From an uncultured Chthonomonadaceae bacterium (GTDB lineage Bacteria > Armatimonadota > Chthonomonadetes > Chthonomonadales > Chthonomonadaceae): a stretch of DNA of 64,000 nt. The notes under the pieces were generated by a model. That model did not search any database and was not told the DNA's origin. It was given only the letters and a program-made list of their open reading frames with translations. The stretch lies in the NCBI GenBank assembly GCA_963835065.1, contig CAWIEK010000060.1, positions 64,001 through 128,000 on the forward strand, read 5' to 3'. Position numbers and translations under genes: made by a program. Shown here one piece after another: positions 41,083 through 51,902 of this stretch. How positions within the stretch are numbered: the first letter of the stretch is position 1; every line of letters begins with the position of its first letter.

Positions 41083-41305
41083 TATTGAAACAGAAGACGA
41101 ACTGCGACCTGAATACGAACTGACAAGTCTCCGCGTTTGCCGTGTGGGAGCGGCGCGAACGCATTTCAAAGGTGTGCTGGTATCCCTGGAACCGGACGTT
41201 GCGGCAGTATTCGCAGATGCCGCTTCCGTCAATGAAGCGCTTCGCTTCGTAATCAAGATGGCGAAAGAGAATCCGCTATCGCTACAAAGTCCCACCAATT
41301 CATAA
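41075..41305 (+). CDS. Small BrnA-like antitoxin-type protein
   Basis: DELRPEY...VSLEPDVAAVF...SVNEALR pattern. Confidence 0.65.
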   Translation: MADIETEDELRPEYELTSLRVCRVGAARTHFKGVLVSLEPDVAAVFADAASVNEALRFVIKMAKENPLSLQSPTNS

Positions 41306-41760
41306 GGAGGACAGAGACACTATGCGTGACGATGAATTTGCAATATGACTGGAACAAAACTATCGAACGAGAAACGGTAGTCGCCTCGGAGTTTATCCGC
41401 AAAGAGATGCCAGATCGCGCTGCAAGCGGGTTGAACAGCACGAGGGTGGTTTAGACAGGCACTTCGCTCAAGATAAGATGGCAAGTCTTTTGCAAATTCT
41501 CGCCTACTCCCGCTCAGAGGAGAGGAATGGCGTGTCACCTCAATATAGTATTACCTTTAACGGAGATCCCGTAAATGGAACCACTTCTTTACGGTATGCC
41601 GTTAATCTGTACTACTTGTTCTGTCTGGATTGCCCGCCAAAAGAAAGACTGTAAGCAGCCTCACGCCATTGGTGAAGTATCTGACGCTTGAATACAATCG
41701 CCTTCCGGGCAATTTGCCGGAAGGCGGTTATACTTCCATATTGCCGAAATGTAGTGGCAA

Positions 41761-42672
41761 TCAGGCGGGCGTTTCGCCAACCGCATCAAGGCGGCGCTTG
41801 GCTTCGGCGTAAACGTCCGTTGGCAGTGGCCCTTTGGCCGCAATGTCAATGTTTTCCTGCAGGTGTTCGGGGATGAGCGTGCCGACAATGGTAGTGTGAA
41901 TGTCGGGGTGCGACAGCAGGAAGCGCAGCAGGAACCCGCTCCGGCTTTCACCTTCATCGCGCAGTTCGTCCATTTTGGCGTCCTCGAATTTCTTCCAACG
42001 GTCATGATTGCCCAGCCCCACGCCGGGTTCGCCGCGCGCTACGCCGCCCCGGTCTATAATGCCCGCGCCCGCCTGCGCCGCCCGCGTAATCACCTTCTCA
42101 TGCTGACGCTCCAGAGCCGAATAGGGAATCTGAAACACGTCGAAAACGCCCTGCTTGATGTACGTGGCGATGTGCGGCAGGGTTGCGGAGCAGCCGATCC
42201 AGCGTACTTTGCCCTGTTGCTTCATTTCCTGCAAAACCGTCACGAGATCGCCCTGCTCCACCTGCTCTACGGACGGGTTGTGCAATTGCATCACGTCCAC
42301 ATAGTCCGTCTTCATCCGTTGCAGACTTTCGTGCAGGCCGCGAAACAGATTTTCGCGCGTCCAAATGTGGGGCGTTTCGTCCGTGTTCTCGTCCTTGCGA
42401 ACAACGGTGCAGCCGCATTTGGTGGCGATGTAAAATTCACTGCGGCGGTTGCTGATGTACTTGCCGATGAACTCCTCGCTGCGCCCGTAATCGTTGGCCG
42501 TATCTATGAAGTTGATGCCCGCGTCCAGCACGGCATTTAGAATCGTGTCGGCCTGCTCTTCCGTTACGGGTCGCCCGCCCCAGATGCGCGAGCCGCGCAC
42601 TTCCATCGCGCCATAGCCAAGCGCGGTTACTTCCAGCCCCGTGCGTCCCAATATCCGTTTTTCCAATGCCAT
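41761..42672 (-). CDS. Aldo/keto reductase
   Basis: LGRTGLEVTALGYG, IDTANDYG, IATKCG, SLQRMKTDYVDVMQLH. Confidence 0.93.
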   Translation of the reverse strand: MALEKRILGRTGLEVTALGYGAMEVRGSRIWGGRPVTEEQADTILNAVLDAGINFIDTANDYGRSEEFIGKYISNRRSEFYIATKCGCTVVRKDENTDETPHIWTRENLFRGLHESLQRMKTDYVDVMQLHNPSVEQVEQGDLVTVLQEMKQQGKVRWIGCSATLPHIATYIKQGVFDVFQIPYSALERQHEKVITRAAQAGAGIIDRGGVARGEPGVGLGNHDRWKKFEDAKMDELRDEGESRSGFLLRFLLSHPDIHTTIVGTLIPEHLQENIDIAAKGPLPTDVYAEAKRRLDAVGETPA

Positions 42673-42755
42673 TGTTTTCACTCCTTGTCGTATGTTACTG
42701 CGCGCTTGTTGTGTTCTTGATCTTCTTCGGCAGGAATCGTTTCCGCGCCTCCGCA

Positions 42756-43631
42756 TCAGGATACTACAGACAAATCAGAAGGCGTCCAGAGCGCGCCGAT
42801 GTCCTCGCCGCGCGTGGTTCGCGCCTGCAAATCACGCAGAAACTCCACAAAACCTACCTTCGGCTCCCATCCGGTTTGCGTCTTTGCCTCGGACATGTCG
42901 TGCTGTTCCACGCTTTCGGGTAGGGAAATATCGTACTGCTTCAGCAACTGCGCCGCGCCGGGAACCTTCGCTTCGCACCAACCAGGGCCGTGTTTGCGGA
43001 AATCCGCGCGCACAGTTTCGGGCAGTCTATGACGTGTATGCACGATGGTACGGAATAAGCGGATACGTTTTTCAACGGCGGCCTGCAAAGCGGCGACAGT
43101 GGCGTCCGCTACGTCGCGCCGATCCACGCCGTTGCGCAGCAATTTCGCGCCGAACGCCAGATAGGATTTTGGCACGAAATCATGGTAGCGCAGCATGGCG
43201 ACGGAAGCCCCGGTTGATTCGTGGTACATGCGGCACAAATCTTCCCCGATTACTTTGGTGACGCCGTACACGCCGCCCCAGCCATACGCCATGGACGAGG
43301 CGTACACGACCGCCTGTATCTTCTGCTCCCGACACGCTTCCAGCACATTAAACGTGCCATCCACATTCACAGCAAAAATGGTGGCGTCGCTGACCGGCGG
43401 CTGATGGGCGCAGTGCCATGCCGCCAGATGGATCACGGCATCCATGCCCTGCGCCGCGTGGCGCGCGTCATCCGGTGTGCGCGTATCGCAGCGCATGAAT
43501 TCGCCCAAATCGGCATACTCTTTTGGCGGGGGCGTTACATCCGCCATGCGAATTTCCGCGCCCGTTGCCGCCAGCGCGCGGCAAGTAGCTTGCCCGGCAT
43601 TGCCCGCCGCTCCCGTTACCAATACTTTCAT
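42756..43631 (-). CDS. NAD-dependent epimerase/dehydratase
   Basis: VLVTGAAGNAG, HLAA, NVDGTFNVLEA, YGVTK. Confidence 0.9.
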   Translation of the reverse strand: MKVLVTGAAGNAGQATCRALAATGAEIRMADVTPPPKEYADLGEFMRCDTRTPDDARHAAQGMDAVIHLAAWHCAHQPPVSDATIFAVNVDGTFNVLEACREQKIQAVVYASSMAYGWGGVYGVTKVIGEDLCRMYHESTGASVAMLRYHDFVPKSYLAFGAKLLRNGVDRRDVADATVAALQAAVEKRIRLFRTIVHTRHRLPETVRADFRKHGPGWCEAKVPGAAQLLKQYDISLPESVEQHDMSEAKTQTGWEPKVGFVEFLRDLQARTTRGEDIGALWTPSDLSVVS

Positions 43632-43703
43632 AGCATTTTCCTTTGCTCTCATGCAGAACGTTTCTACAGTCGTATCAACGCCCAACACCCAATACCTAAC
43701 ACC

Positions 43704-44537
43704 TCAACCTGCTTCTTCCGGGCTGTGTTCGCGCAGCCATGCGCGCAGGGGAACGTCTTCGTCGGTCGGTGAGTAGAAACCGTTGGCGTTGACGCCCCAG
43801 CCGAGCATCTGGCGGCGTATGGGGTCGCTCTGTTCCCACAGGCTTTGTACGGTCATGTCGTCTTTGGTGCGCAGCCAGCGATAGCCGTAGCCGTAAAACA
43901 GCACTTTTCGGGTTACATCCGACCAGTTGGGACTTGCCGAATGCCACAGGCGGCGGTCAAAGAACACGGCGGTTCCGGGTTCGGCGAGTACGGGAACCGC
44001 GCCGGACGGCTGCCCGATGCCGTCTGAAGAGCGCGTTTGCGTATCGTCCAGATGGCTGCCCGGCACAACCCAGAAGTTGCCGCGTCCGGGTTCGCTCGTA
44101 TCGGAAAGGAAAAACGCCACTTTCAAGGACAGGCGCGGGCGCGGATGGCTTTCGATTTCCACATTCACGCGCCCACTGTCCTGATGCCAGCCGAACGTTT
44201 TGTCGTCTCGTTCCTGGCCGGAAGGCGGCGTTACGATCAGATGCGCGTGGTACAGATAGATATTCCAGCCGAGCAGCCCCCACACTTTCGGCAGGGTTAC
44301 GGGGTAGTCCACCAGATCGGCAAACAGCGGATCGTCGGGAATGAAGTTCGGGTAAAACAGCGATTTGCGCGGGTCGTGCCCCTGCTCCAATTTTTGCGCG
44401 AAGATGCGGTCGGAAGCCGCCGTCAATGCGGTCACTTGCGACGCTGACAGCGCGTTTTCCACCATCAGCAGGCCCGTGTCGTTGAAAGCGTGGCGCTCCT
44501 CGGCGGTGAGGCGATGTTCCAGACAGTTTGGCTGCAA
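43704..44537 (-). CDS. Phytanoyl-CoA dioxygenase family (2OG-Fe(II)) protein
   Basis: WHQD, VVPGSH, PGTAVFFDRRLWHSASPN...RK. Confidence 0.9.
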   Translation of the reverse strand: MQPNCLEHRLTAEERHAFNDTGLLMVENALSASQVTALTAASDRIFAQKLEQGHDPRKSLFYPNFIPDDPLFADLVDYPVTLPKVWGLLGWNIYLYHAHLIVTPPSGQERDDKTFGWHQDSGRVNVEIESHPRPRLSLKVAFFLSDTSEPGRGNFWVVPGSHLDDTQTRSSDGIGQPSGAVPVLAEPGTAVFFDRRLWHSASPNWSDVTRKVLFYGYGYRWLRTKDDMTVQSLWEQSDPIRRQMLGWGVNANGFYSPTDEDVPLRAWLREHSPEEAG

Positions 44538-44758
44538 GTCATTCTCCTTTTCATGGCAAGCCTGCGCCGGTTTGCCATCCTGTTTCTCAGGAGTTCACCT
44601 TTACACAGGAGTTTTCCTGCCGGAAGGCTGTATTGGCGCGCGATTTACTGTTAAGGCCGTCTCCTGAGCCGGGGATTTTCAATCCTCGGCAGAAAAGAGA
44701 GGTGTGGCGCAGTGAAATTTTTCGCCACATTTTTGCCCTGTGAACGTCAAAGTCAATT

Positions 44759-47089
44759 ATGTTACTCAGTAAACTGACACAATCTGCGCTTGGCATGATT
44801 GCGGCCCCTCTTACTTTATTAACGCTTGCGTGGACGCTGCCTGCCGATGCCGGGTCGGGCGCGTTGGCTGCGCCTGCCACCGGGCAGAAGATTTATCAGC
44901 AGCAATGCGCGTCGTGTCACGGCGCAAAGGGCGAGGGCGCGAAAGCGTACTCCAAGCCGCTGGCAGGCAGCCGCTCTCCCGGCGAATTGGCGCGATTTAT
45001 TGCGCAGAATATGCCGCCCGGCCCGCGGAAATGCGCCACGCCGGATGCGCAAAAAGTTGCTTCTTATATCTATGATGCGTTTTATTCGCCGCTTGCGCAG
45101 GCGCGGAACAAGCCTGCCCGCATTGCCCTGTCGCGCCTGACCGTGCCGCAGTTTCGCAACGCTGTTGCCGACCTGTTGAGCGACGGGCATCCGGTTGTGC
45201 CTGCGCAAGCCACTCGCGGCTTGCAGGGCGAGTATTTCAAGGCGCAGCGATTTGACAATGGCAATCGCCTGCTGCAGCGCGTTGACCCGGAAGTGAAATT
45301 TGATTTTGGCACGGACGGCCCGGTTCCCGATAAGTTCGACCCGCACCATTTTTCTATTCGCTGGCAGGGCAGCGTTCTGGCCCCGGATACCGGCGAGTAC
45401 GATTTTGTTGTCAGAACCGACCATGCGGTTCGGATTTGGGTGAATGACAATAGCAAACCTTTGATTGACGCCTGGGTGAAGTCGGGCAGCGACAACGAGT
45501 TTCACGGCTCGCTGACCCTGCTTGGCGGGCGCGCGTACCCCCTGCGCCTGGAATTTTCCAAGTCCACGCAGGGCGTAGATGATTCGGAGAAGAAGAAGGG
45601 CAAACCCGCGCCGCCCGCTTCGATTGAATTGCTGTGGAAACGGCCCAAACAGGCGATGGAAACCATTCCGCAGCGCTGTTTGTTTCCCGCTTCCGTTCCT
45701 GAAACGTTCGTTGTGGCGACGCGCTTTCCGCCCGATGACCGCAGCATCGGCTACGAGCGGGGCACATCCGTTTCCAAAGCCTGGGAGGAAGCGAGTACCG
45801 CAGCCGCGCTGGAAACGGCAGGTTACGTCACCGAACATTTGGACCGGCTTGCCGACGCCAAACCGGACGCGCCGGAGCGCAAAGCGAAATTGCAGGCGTT
45901 TTGCCGCCGGTTCGTGGAACGCGCCCTGCGCCGTCCTTTGACCGATGAGGTTGCGCAGTTTTACATTGACAAGCAGTTCCGTACCGCGCCCGATGTGGAA
46001 ACGGCGGTAAAGCGGGTTGTCGCGCTGACGCTGCTTTCGCCCCGGTTCCAATACCGGGAAAGCGAAACGCGGGCTGCGGATGCGTATGACACGGCTTCGC
46101 GCCTGTCGTTCGGATTGTGGGACAGCCTGCCCGACGCTGACCTGCTGAAAGCGGCCCGCGAGGGCGCGCTTACGACGCGAGAGCAGATCGCAAAACAGGC
46201 CGAGCGCATGGCTGCTGACCCGCGCGCCTGGAACAAACTGCGCGCCTTTCTGCTGTTCTGGCTCAAGGTGGATCAAAGCCCGGAGTTGGCGAAGAACCCG
46301 AAGAAGTACCCGGATTTCGACCCGTCCGTCGCTTCCGACCTGCGCGCCTCGCTGGAACTGTTTCTGGAAAATGTCGCGTGGGGCGAAAAGTCGGATTATC
46401 GGGAACTGATGACAACCCAAACCGTCTACCTGAACGGGCGACTGGCGAAACTGTACGGCGTCAATCTTCCCGCCGACGCGCCGTTTCAGCCCGTCGTTCT
46501 GGACGCGGCGGAGCGTTCCGGTGTGCTGACGCAGCCATATTTGCTGTCCACTTTCGCGTACCTGGACACCAGTTCGCCGATTCATCGGGGCGTTTTGCTG
46601 GCGCGTAATCTGCTGGGGCGCACTCTCAGCCCGCCGCCCGCCGCGTTCACGCCGCTTGCCGCCGACCTGCACCCGAACATGACGACCCGGCAGCGCGTCG
46701 AGATGCAAACCAAGCCCGCCGCCTGTGTGGGCTGTCACGGCCTGATCAATCCGCTCGGCTTCACGCTGGAAAAGTTCGACGCTATCGGCAGGCTGCGCAA
46801 TCAGGAAAACGGACAAGTGATTAATGCGGCAGGCAGTTACCGCGCCCGCAGCGGCAATTTGGTGACGTTCGCTTCCGCGCCGCAATTGGGCCGTTATCTG
46901 GCTGACAGCGAGGAAGCCCACGCCGCATTTGTGGAAAAACTGTTCCAGAATCTGATCAAGCAGCCGGTTCTGGCATACGGCCCGCAAACCCTGCCAAATT
47001 TAGAGCGCAACTTCGCCGCGAATCAGTATAATATCCGTAAGCTGATGGCGGATATTGTGGTGGCTTCGATTGCAGGCATCAGGCATTAG
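44759..47089 (+). CDS. Cytochrome c + PA14 + DUF1595/DUF1592/DUF1588-type protein
   Basis: CASCH, PA14 (FSIRWQGSV), ASRLSFGLWDSLPD, SSPIHRG, CVGCH...NPLGFTLEKFDAIG. Confidence 0.88.
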   Translation: MLLSKLTQSALGMIAAPLTLLTLAWTLPADAGSGALAAPATGQKIYQQQCASCHGAKGEGAKAYSKPLAGSRSPGELARFIAQNMPPGPRKCATPDAQKVASYIYDAFYSPLAQARNKPARIALSRLTVPQFRNAVADLLSDGHPVVPAQATRGLQGEYFKAQRFDNGNRLLQRVDPEVKFDFGTDGPVPDKFDPHHFSIRWQGSVLAPDTGEYDFVVRTDHAVRIWVNDNSKPLIDAWVKSGSDNEFHGSLTLLGGRAYPLRLEFSKSTQGVDDSEKKKGKPAPPASIELLWKRPKQAMETIPQRCLFPASVPETFVVATRFPPDDRSIGYERGTSVSKAWEEASTAAALETAGYVTEHLDRLADAKPDAPERKAKLQAFCRRFVERALRRPLTDEVAQFYIDKQFRTAPDVETAVKRVVALTLLSPRFQYRESETRAADAYDTASRLSFGLWDSLPDADLLKAAREGALTTREQIAKQAERMAADPRAWNKLRAFLLFWLKVDQSPELAKNPKKYPDFDPSVASDLRASLELFLENVAWGEKSDYRELMTTQTVYLNGRLAKLYGVNLPADAPFQPVVLDAAERSGVLTQPYLLSTFAYLDTSSPIHRGVLLARNLLGRTLSPPPAAFTPLAADLHPNMTTRQRVEMQTKPAACVGCHGLINPLGFTLEKFDAIGRLRNQENGQVINAAGSYRARSGNLVTFASAPQLGRYLADSEEAHAAFVEKLFQNLIKQPVLAYGPQTLPNLERNFAANQYNIRKLMADIVVASIAGIRH

Positions 47090-47158
47090 GCATCAGGCAT
47101 TAGATGCAAAGCCCTTCTGTCTCATAACTCATGCCTAATGCCTAATGCCTGATGCCTA
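47074..47158. repeat. Inverted heptamer arrays (AGGCAT(C/T))n / (TGCCT(A/G)A)n forming a hairpin
   Basis: 47074-47103 and 47131-47158 are reverse complements, at the junction of two co-oriented genes. Confidence 0.8.
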
Positions 47159-47181
47159 AATACTTGAACAAGGAAAACTAC

Positions 47182-48513
47182 GTGACTTATTCCAATAGCC
47201 GACGCGCGTTTTTGCGAGACTTGGGGTTGAGCGCCGCCGCGCTGCCGTTTCTGAGCAATCTGCCCTGCCTTGCCGCACCGGGCGGAGCGGGCAAAATTCG
47301 GCGCAAGCAGCGCATGGTGATTATGTTCAGCCCGGACGGCGTGGTTCCCAATACGTTTTGGCCGGACGAGGAAGGCGAGAACTTTACGCTCAAGGAGAGC
47401 CTGAAGCCGCTGGAGCCGTTCAAAAACAAAACGCTGATTTTGCGGGGCGTCAGTGACAAGATTCGCGGGGATGGCGACGGCCACATGCGCGGTATCGGCT
47501 GCCTGCTGACGGGCATCGAACTGTTTCCCGGCAATGTGCAGGGCGGCTCGGACACGCCCGCAGGCTGGTCGAGCGGCCTTTCGATAGATCAGGAAATCAA
47601 GAACTATTTGCAGGCGGACGCTGCGACGCGAACCCGTTTCGGCTCGCTGGAATTCGGCGTGATGGTTCCTGACCGCGCGGATACGTGGACGCGCCTGTCG
47701 TATGCCGGCCCGAACAAGCCGGTTGCGCCCATTGACGACCCGTACCAGATGTTCGGCAAATTGTACGGGCAGTTGAAAGACCAGGAAACGCTGAAAAGCG
47801 TCCTGGACGATTTGGGCGCGGATCTGGCGAAAGTGCGGGCGCGGGTGGGCGCGCAGGATAGGCAGATTCTGGACGAGCATACCACGCTTGTCCGCGAAAT
47901 GGAGCAGGAGATACGGACGGCTAAGTCGGGAAGCATCGGACACGCGGTTCCCATTTTGGAGCCGGGGGTTCGGCGCGACAACGACAGCATGCCGCAAATC
48001 AGTAAGCTGCAAATTGATTTGCTGGTCAACAACTTCGCGGCGGACTTTTCCCGCGTCGCCACGCTGCAATACACCAATTCGGTTGGGCAAGCGCGTATGC
48101 GCTGGCTGGGTATCAACGAGGGGCAGCACGACCTGTCGCATCAGCCCGACAGCGACACGAGCGCGCAGGAAAAACTCACCCGCGTCAACCAGTGGTATTG
48201 CAGCCAACTGGCGTACCTGGCGAAGCGCCTGGCGGAAACCCCGGAACCGGGCGGGGCCGGCAGCCTGCTGGATAACACGCTGCTCGTGTGGACAAACGAA
48301 CTGGGCAAGGGCAACTCGCACACGCTGGAAGACATTCCGTTCGTGCTGGTCGGAGGAGGCCTGGACTTCAAAATGGGCCGTTCCCTGAAATACGCGCATG
48401 TGCCGCACAACCGCCTGCTGCTGTCCCTGGCGCACGGCTTCGGGCATCGCATAGACCGCTTCGGCAACCCCGATTATTGCGCCGCCGGTCCCTTGCCCAA
48501 CATGACCGGGTAA
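47182..48513 (+). CDS. DUF1552 (HXXSHH) protein
   Basis: SRRAFL Tat-like signal, SIDQEI, HDLSH, LLDNTL, GNSH. Canonical partner of DUF1592. Confidence 0.9.
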   Translation: MTYSNSRRAFLRDLGLSAAALPFLSNLPCLAAPGGAGKIRRKQRMVIMFSPDGVVPNTFWPDEEGENFTLKESLKPLEPFKNKTLILRGVSDKIRGDGDGHMRGIGCLLTGIELFPGNVQGGSDTPAGWSSGLSIDQEIKNYLQADAATRTRFGSLEFGVMVPDRADTWTRLSYAGPNKPVAPIDDPYQMFGKLYGQLKDQETLKSVLDDLGADLAKVRARVGAQDRQILDEHTTLVREMEQEIRTAKSGSIGHAVPILEPGVRRDNDSMPQISKLQIDLLVNNFAADFSRVATLQYTNSVGQARMRWLGINEGQHDLSHQPDSDTSAQEKLTRVNQWYCSQLAYLAKRLAETPEPGGAGSLLDNTLLVWTNELGKGNSHTLEDIPFVLVGGGLDFKMGRSLKYAHVPHNRLLLSLAHGFGHRIDRFGNPDYCAAGPLPNMTG

Positions 48514-48581
48514 ACTCTGCAAACTCGACCTTCGGGAAGCTCATTTGATGCCAACGGAAAGCGGCAGGCAGAGAAAAGAGC

Positions 48582-48885
48582 AGGAAAAAGCAATATGTAG
48601 AGTCATCGTCGAAATCTTGGCAATACAGCGCTTCCAGCCCGATGTCTCGTTGTGTCAAGTTGTAGGAGAGAGGCGTCGTGACCTCATAAGCGTCAGGGCG
48701 AACGGGAGGGGTGTGGGGACATAGGACTCTTCACCTCCCTTCCTATGTGTATAACGTCTAAATAGCAGACGTTGTTCTACTATTTAGACGACTGTTTGGG
48801 GCAAAGGTTTCCTTTTTTCGCGTTGTATGGGACTTTTTCTATCTTTTTTTCTGCGGAAGTGTTTTTGTGGGATGGTTGCTGTTAG
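48582..48885 (-). ncRNA. Dispersed element copy 3: micro-ORF MSPHPSRSP (48693-48722), core 48594-48685
   Basis: Core differs from copy 1 at 2 of 92 nt. Promoter-like boxes at 48806-48811 and 48785-48789; hairpin at 48753-48773. Confidence 0.6.
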
Positions 48886-48939
48886 TATCGTGTGGGGAAC
48901 CGGGGCGGGGGCGCTTGCTTTGGGGCTATCCTCAATGGG

Positions 48940-48988
48940 CCGGGCATTGAAAATACCCGGCAGGAAAGTGCAAGCGTCCTGCGGACGC
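48940..48988. repeat. REP-like palindromic half element
   Basis: CCGGGCATTGAAAATACCCGG CAGGAAAGTGCAAGCGTCCTGCGGACGC matches 50621-50669. Confidence 0.7.
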
Positions 48989-49033
48989 GAATGCTGCGCT
49001 TATTGGCGGTGGCTCTTCGTATTCGTACATCTG

Positions 49034-49537
49034 TCACTTTTCATCGGGTTTGACTCTTCTGGCCTGTTCTTTTATCAACTGGCGGATCCATACCTTATCC
49101 ATTCCATTTCGGCTCTTGCTTAAATCTTCCAGGTAGATGCCGGCCTGACCGCTCCTGCTCAGGGACAACCGCTTGAGACAAGACAGATACGCCTCTTCAA
49201 ACACATCCAGGTAGGCCATATCTACATCTGTCCCGCACGACCTGCTCAAGCCATCGAAACATTTCGCCAGCACCAACAGATCGTCCGCATCTTCAAAAGG
49301 GGCCAGCGCATTGCTTAACTTTGTTTTCTCCTCTTGTGAGAACTCATGCGAGTTGTTTCTGGCATGCGCGCGGTCATGTTCGGCGGCAAGCGTTGTCACG
49401 GTTTCCACCGCCCGCAAGACGCGCTGAATACGCGCCGCTTTGCTGTTAACGAGCTTCCCCACGCCCGTAGGGTAGGAACGCTTCGTATGCCGGGCAGTTT
49501 GATTTGTTTGCGTCTGCGGCCTGTCCGAAGACCACAA
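49034..49537 (-). CDS. Hypothetical protein (start uncertain)
   Basis: 167-aa ORF, lower GC, acidic helical C-terminal half. Confidence 0.5.
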   Translation of the reverse strand: MWSSDRPQTQTNQTARHTKRSYPTGVGKLVNSKAARIQRVLRAVETVTTLAAEHDRAHARNNSHEFSQEEKTKLSNALAPFEDADDLLVLAKCFDGLSRSCGTDVDMAYLDVFEEAYLSCLKRLSLSRSGQAGIYLEDLSKSRNGMDKVWIRQLIKEQARRVKPDEK

Positions 49538-49658
49538 ACAAGGTAAACATGGCGATCCAAAACTTCATAGTTGGTTCTCGTCATTCGTTGGATGGATGGC
49601 GTTTGCCGAGCGTCCAGCAGTCAGTTGAAAGTATCGTAACAGACAAGTCTTCACGAAT

Positions 49659-50144
49659 CTACCATGTGCCAAGCTGACCCGCTGATGTGTCCAGTTCTGC
49701 AATGTATACGGATATAGCGTCAATCGGCATATCGTAGACGGTATCAGGGTCTGGATCGTCTTCGGAAACATTAATCGCTACCCCAGCGATTCCCTGACAC
49801 ATGATAACGGCTTCCGGTTCATTGTAAAACAATGCGGGAGTATGTCTCATCGCATCCCGAACCACCATATTGACGTGTATGCTCCCGAATAACAGGCCGG
49901 CATATCCTTCCTTAGCAATGATTTTGAAGAGTTTGCCGTTGCGAACATCTACAGCCAGTTCGACTTCACCCCTGCCCAAAGTGTAACGCGCCTCAAAGGG
50001 AGATACCAACGCATAGCGTCCTTGCTGGTACAGGCCAAGGCCGGTAAGGTGTTGTTGTATCTCTGTAAGCCTGGTGCGCAGAGTAATGCCTCCAATCTCT
50101 TGATCAGGCAGTATAGGGGCATTTAGATTTGGAAATGCAGGCAC
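49659..50144 (-). CDS. Hypothetical immunity-like protein
   Basis: SD AAAGGAG + GTG; NAPILPDQEIGGITL...YAGLLFGSIHVNM alpha/beta fold. Confidence 0.7.
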   Translation of the reverse strand: MPAFPNLNAPILPDQEIGGITLRTRLTEIQQHLTGLGLYQQGRYALVSPFEARYTLGRGEVELAVDVRNGKLFKIIAKEGYAGLLFGSIHVNMVVRDAMRHTPALFYNEPEAVIMCQGIAGVAINVSEDDPDPDTVYDMPIDAISVYIAELDTSAGQLGTW

Positions 50145-50246
50145 AGCCAGTTATCTCCTTTCATCTTACAGAAGAATTTCTTGCTGTTCATTTCGCTCTA
50201 ATACTGGGATGAATCCTTGTCCTGATAGGCAAAACTCGTCCGCGCT

Positions 50247-50561
50247 TTAGTAAACATCCAGGTGGTTTATAGCCAGAAGCTGCAATTGGTGTAGACTCAT
50301 GTTTTCATTTACTTCCACGCGGGCGGCTGCCAACGAGCGCTTCAAGGCCGCAGCGAACTCCGCAATACAGGGAGCGCCTGGCACAGCGATAATCCTTGTT
50401 TCCCGCTTTGTACCCGTCACCTGTAGCTGTACGCCGTTTCCTTCTGCATCAAAACAGCGGTAAACGTCTCGCTCCACATCCTGTTCTTCAAGACAGTCGT
50501 TAAGAGCAAATTCCGTTTCAAAGATGCAGACATCTACGCCATCAGAGACGTACAAAGGCAT
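50247..50561 (-). CDS. Hypothetical small acidic protein
   Basis: Start at MPLYVSDGVDV. The upstream part of the track ORF is translated REP sequence. Confidence 0.65.
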   Translation of the reverse strand: MPLYVSDGVDVCIFETEFALNDCLEEQDVERDVYRCFDAEGNGVQLQVTGTKRETRIIAVPGAPCIAEFAAALKRSLAAARVEVNENMSLHQLQLLAINHLDVY

Positions 50562-50620
50562 TTTCAACGCTTGCTGTGAAATGGGCGTATCCTGTGTTGC
50601 CGGGTACCGACCCGAGCGTT

Positions 50621-50738
50621 CCGAGTGTTGAAAACACCCGGCAGGAAAGTGCAAGCGTCTTTCAGACGCAACTTCCCGAAAGCCTGGGCGCGTCTGAAAG
50701 ACGCTTGCTTTGTCCAGACAGGGGTTTTCAACCCCTGG
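50621..50738. repeat. REP/REPIN-like doublet
   Basis: Perfect 19-bp inverted repeat GCAAGCGTCTTTCAGACGC (50651-50669 / 50690-50708), flanked by hairpins GTGTTGAAAACAC and CAGGGGTTTTCAACCCCTG. Confidence 0.8.
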
Positions 50739-50825
50739 CAAGCACACGGGCGTTATTTCGCAGCAAGCGCTTTCGACACCCGCCAACGCGGAAACAAGCC
50801 GTTGACGCATAACTGTTTGTGTTGC

Positions 50826-51902
50826 TTAACTGCTTGAGGTCGGAGCGACAGGCTGGGAACGGCGGTCTTTTTTGAGGCGGCGGGTCATGCACAGGCCGCC
50901 TGCGGTCATGCAGGCCAGCGTCAGCAGCGTACCGGCTTCGGGGATGGGCGCGGCAAACACTTCCACGCGGTTGTTGTTGAAATCCGACACGTAAAGGTTG
51001 CCCACGCTGTCTACCGCAATGGCATCCGGCCTGCTGAACTGTCCATCGCCCGTGCCGGTAGTTCCGAATTGCGTCAGCACAGCGCCTGTGCTGTCGAATT
51101 TGACGACATAGTTGGCGCTAAAATCCGTGGCGTAAACATCGCCATTGCTATCTACAGCGACGCCATGCGGACGAAAGCGCCTGCCATTGGGGCCAGTTGT
51201 GGTAAACGATTTCACGTAAGCGCCCGAACTGTCGAACTCCTCGATACGTAGGTTTTCCGAATCGGCGACGTAGATGTTGTTGTTGCGGTCAATGGCAATT
51301 CCGTAGGGAAAGTTCAACTGCCCCTGCCCGGTTCCCGGAGTGCCTATCTGTCCCGCCGGGGTAAACGTGTTGCCTGACACCGTGTACTTCAGGATGGTGT
51401 TGGCGTTGTTGTTCACAACATAAATGCTGCCGCTGCTGTCGAACGCCAGGCCGATGGGAAACGCGAGCATGCTGGTTCCATCACTGTTTCTGCCGAATTG
51501 AGTCTGGTAGACGCCATTGTTGCTGAACTTCTCTACGCGAGGGGCCGAGGTAAGAGTGTCCGAAACAAAAATGTTGTTGCTGCTGTCTATGGCAAGGCCC
51601 TGTGGGGTTGTAAACTGCCCATCGCCCTCGCCACTTGTGCCGAACGTGTTCAGAAACGCGCCCGTGTGGCTGAACTCCTGAACGCGATCATTGCCGCTGT
51701 CGGCCACAAAGACATTGCCGTTCAAGTCAATTTTGACATCGGCGGGATTGACGAATTGCCCATTTCCGGTTCCCTGTGAGCCGAAAGAAAAGGCGAAGGT
51801 ATATTGCGCGTGGGCGGGAGCGGCAGTCAGGCCGGCAAGCGCAAGTCCCGCCAGCATGGTCAGAAGAGTACGCGCTTTACGACAACAAGCGACAGTGTTC
51901 AA
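50826..51902 (-). CDS. NHL-repeat beta-propeller protein with PEP-CTERM-like sorting signal
   Basis: Signal peptide, GxGQFxxPxG/D...VADSxNxR repeats, C-terminal PIPEAGT-TM-RRLKK. TTG start after AAGGA. Confidence 0.88.
   Translation of the reverse strand: MNTVACCRKARTLLTMLAGLALAGLTAAPAHAQYTFAFSFGSQGTGNGQFVNPADVKIDLNGNVFVADSGNDRVQEFSHTGAFLNTFGTSGEGDGQFTTPQGLAIDSSNNIFVSDTLTSAPRVEKFSNNGVYQTQFGRNSDGTSMLAFPIGLAFDSSGSIYVVNNNANTILKYTVSGNTFTPAGQIGTPGTGQGQLNFPYGIAIDRNNNIYVADSENLRIEEFDSSGAYVKSFTTTGPNGRRFRPHGVAVDSNGDVYATDFSANYVVKFDSTGAVLTQFGTTGTGDGQFSRPDAIAVDSVGNLYVSDFNNNRVEVFAAPIPEAGTLLTLACMTAGGLCMTRRLKKDRRSQPVAPTSSS

Noticed and set aside
44819..46987. Long antisense ORFs (also 16-834, 7385-8881, 47122-48522)
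   Set aside because: Shadow frames of well-supported genes in GC-rich DNA, with no motifs.
44759..48513. DUF1592/DUF1552 pair as a new system
   Set aside because: A known, common gene pair in Planctomycetes, Myxobacteria and similar groups, though functionally uncharacterised.
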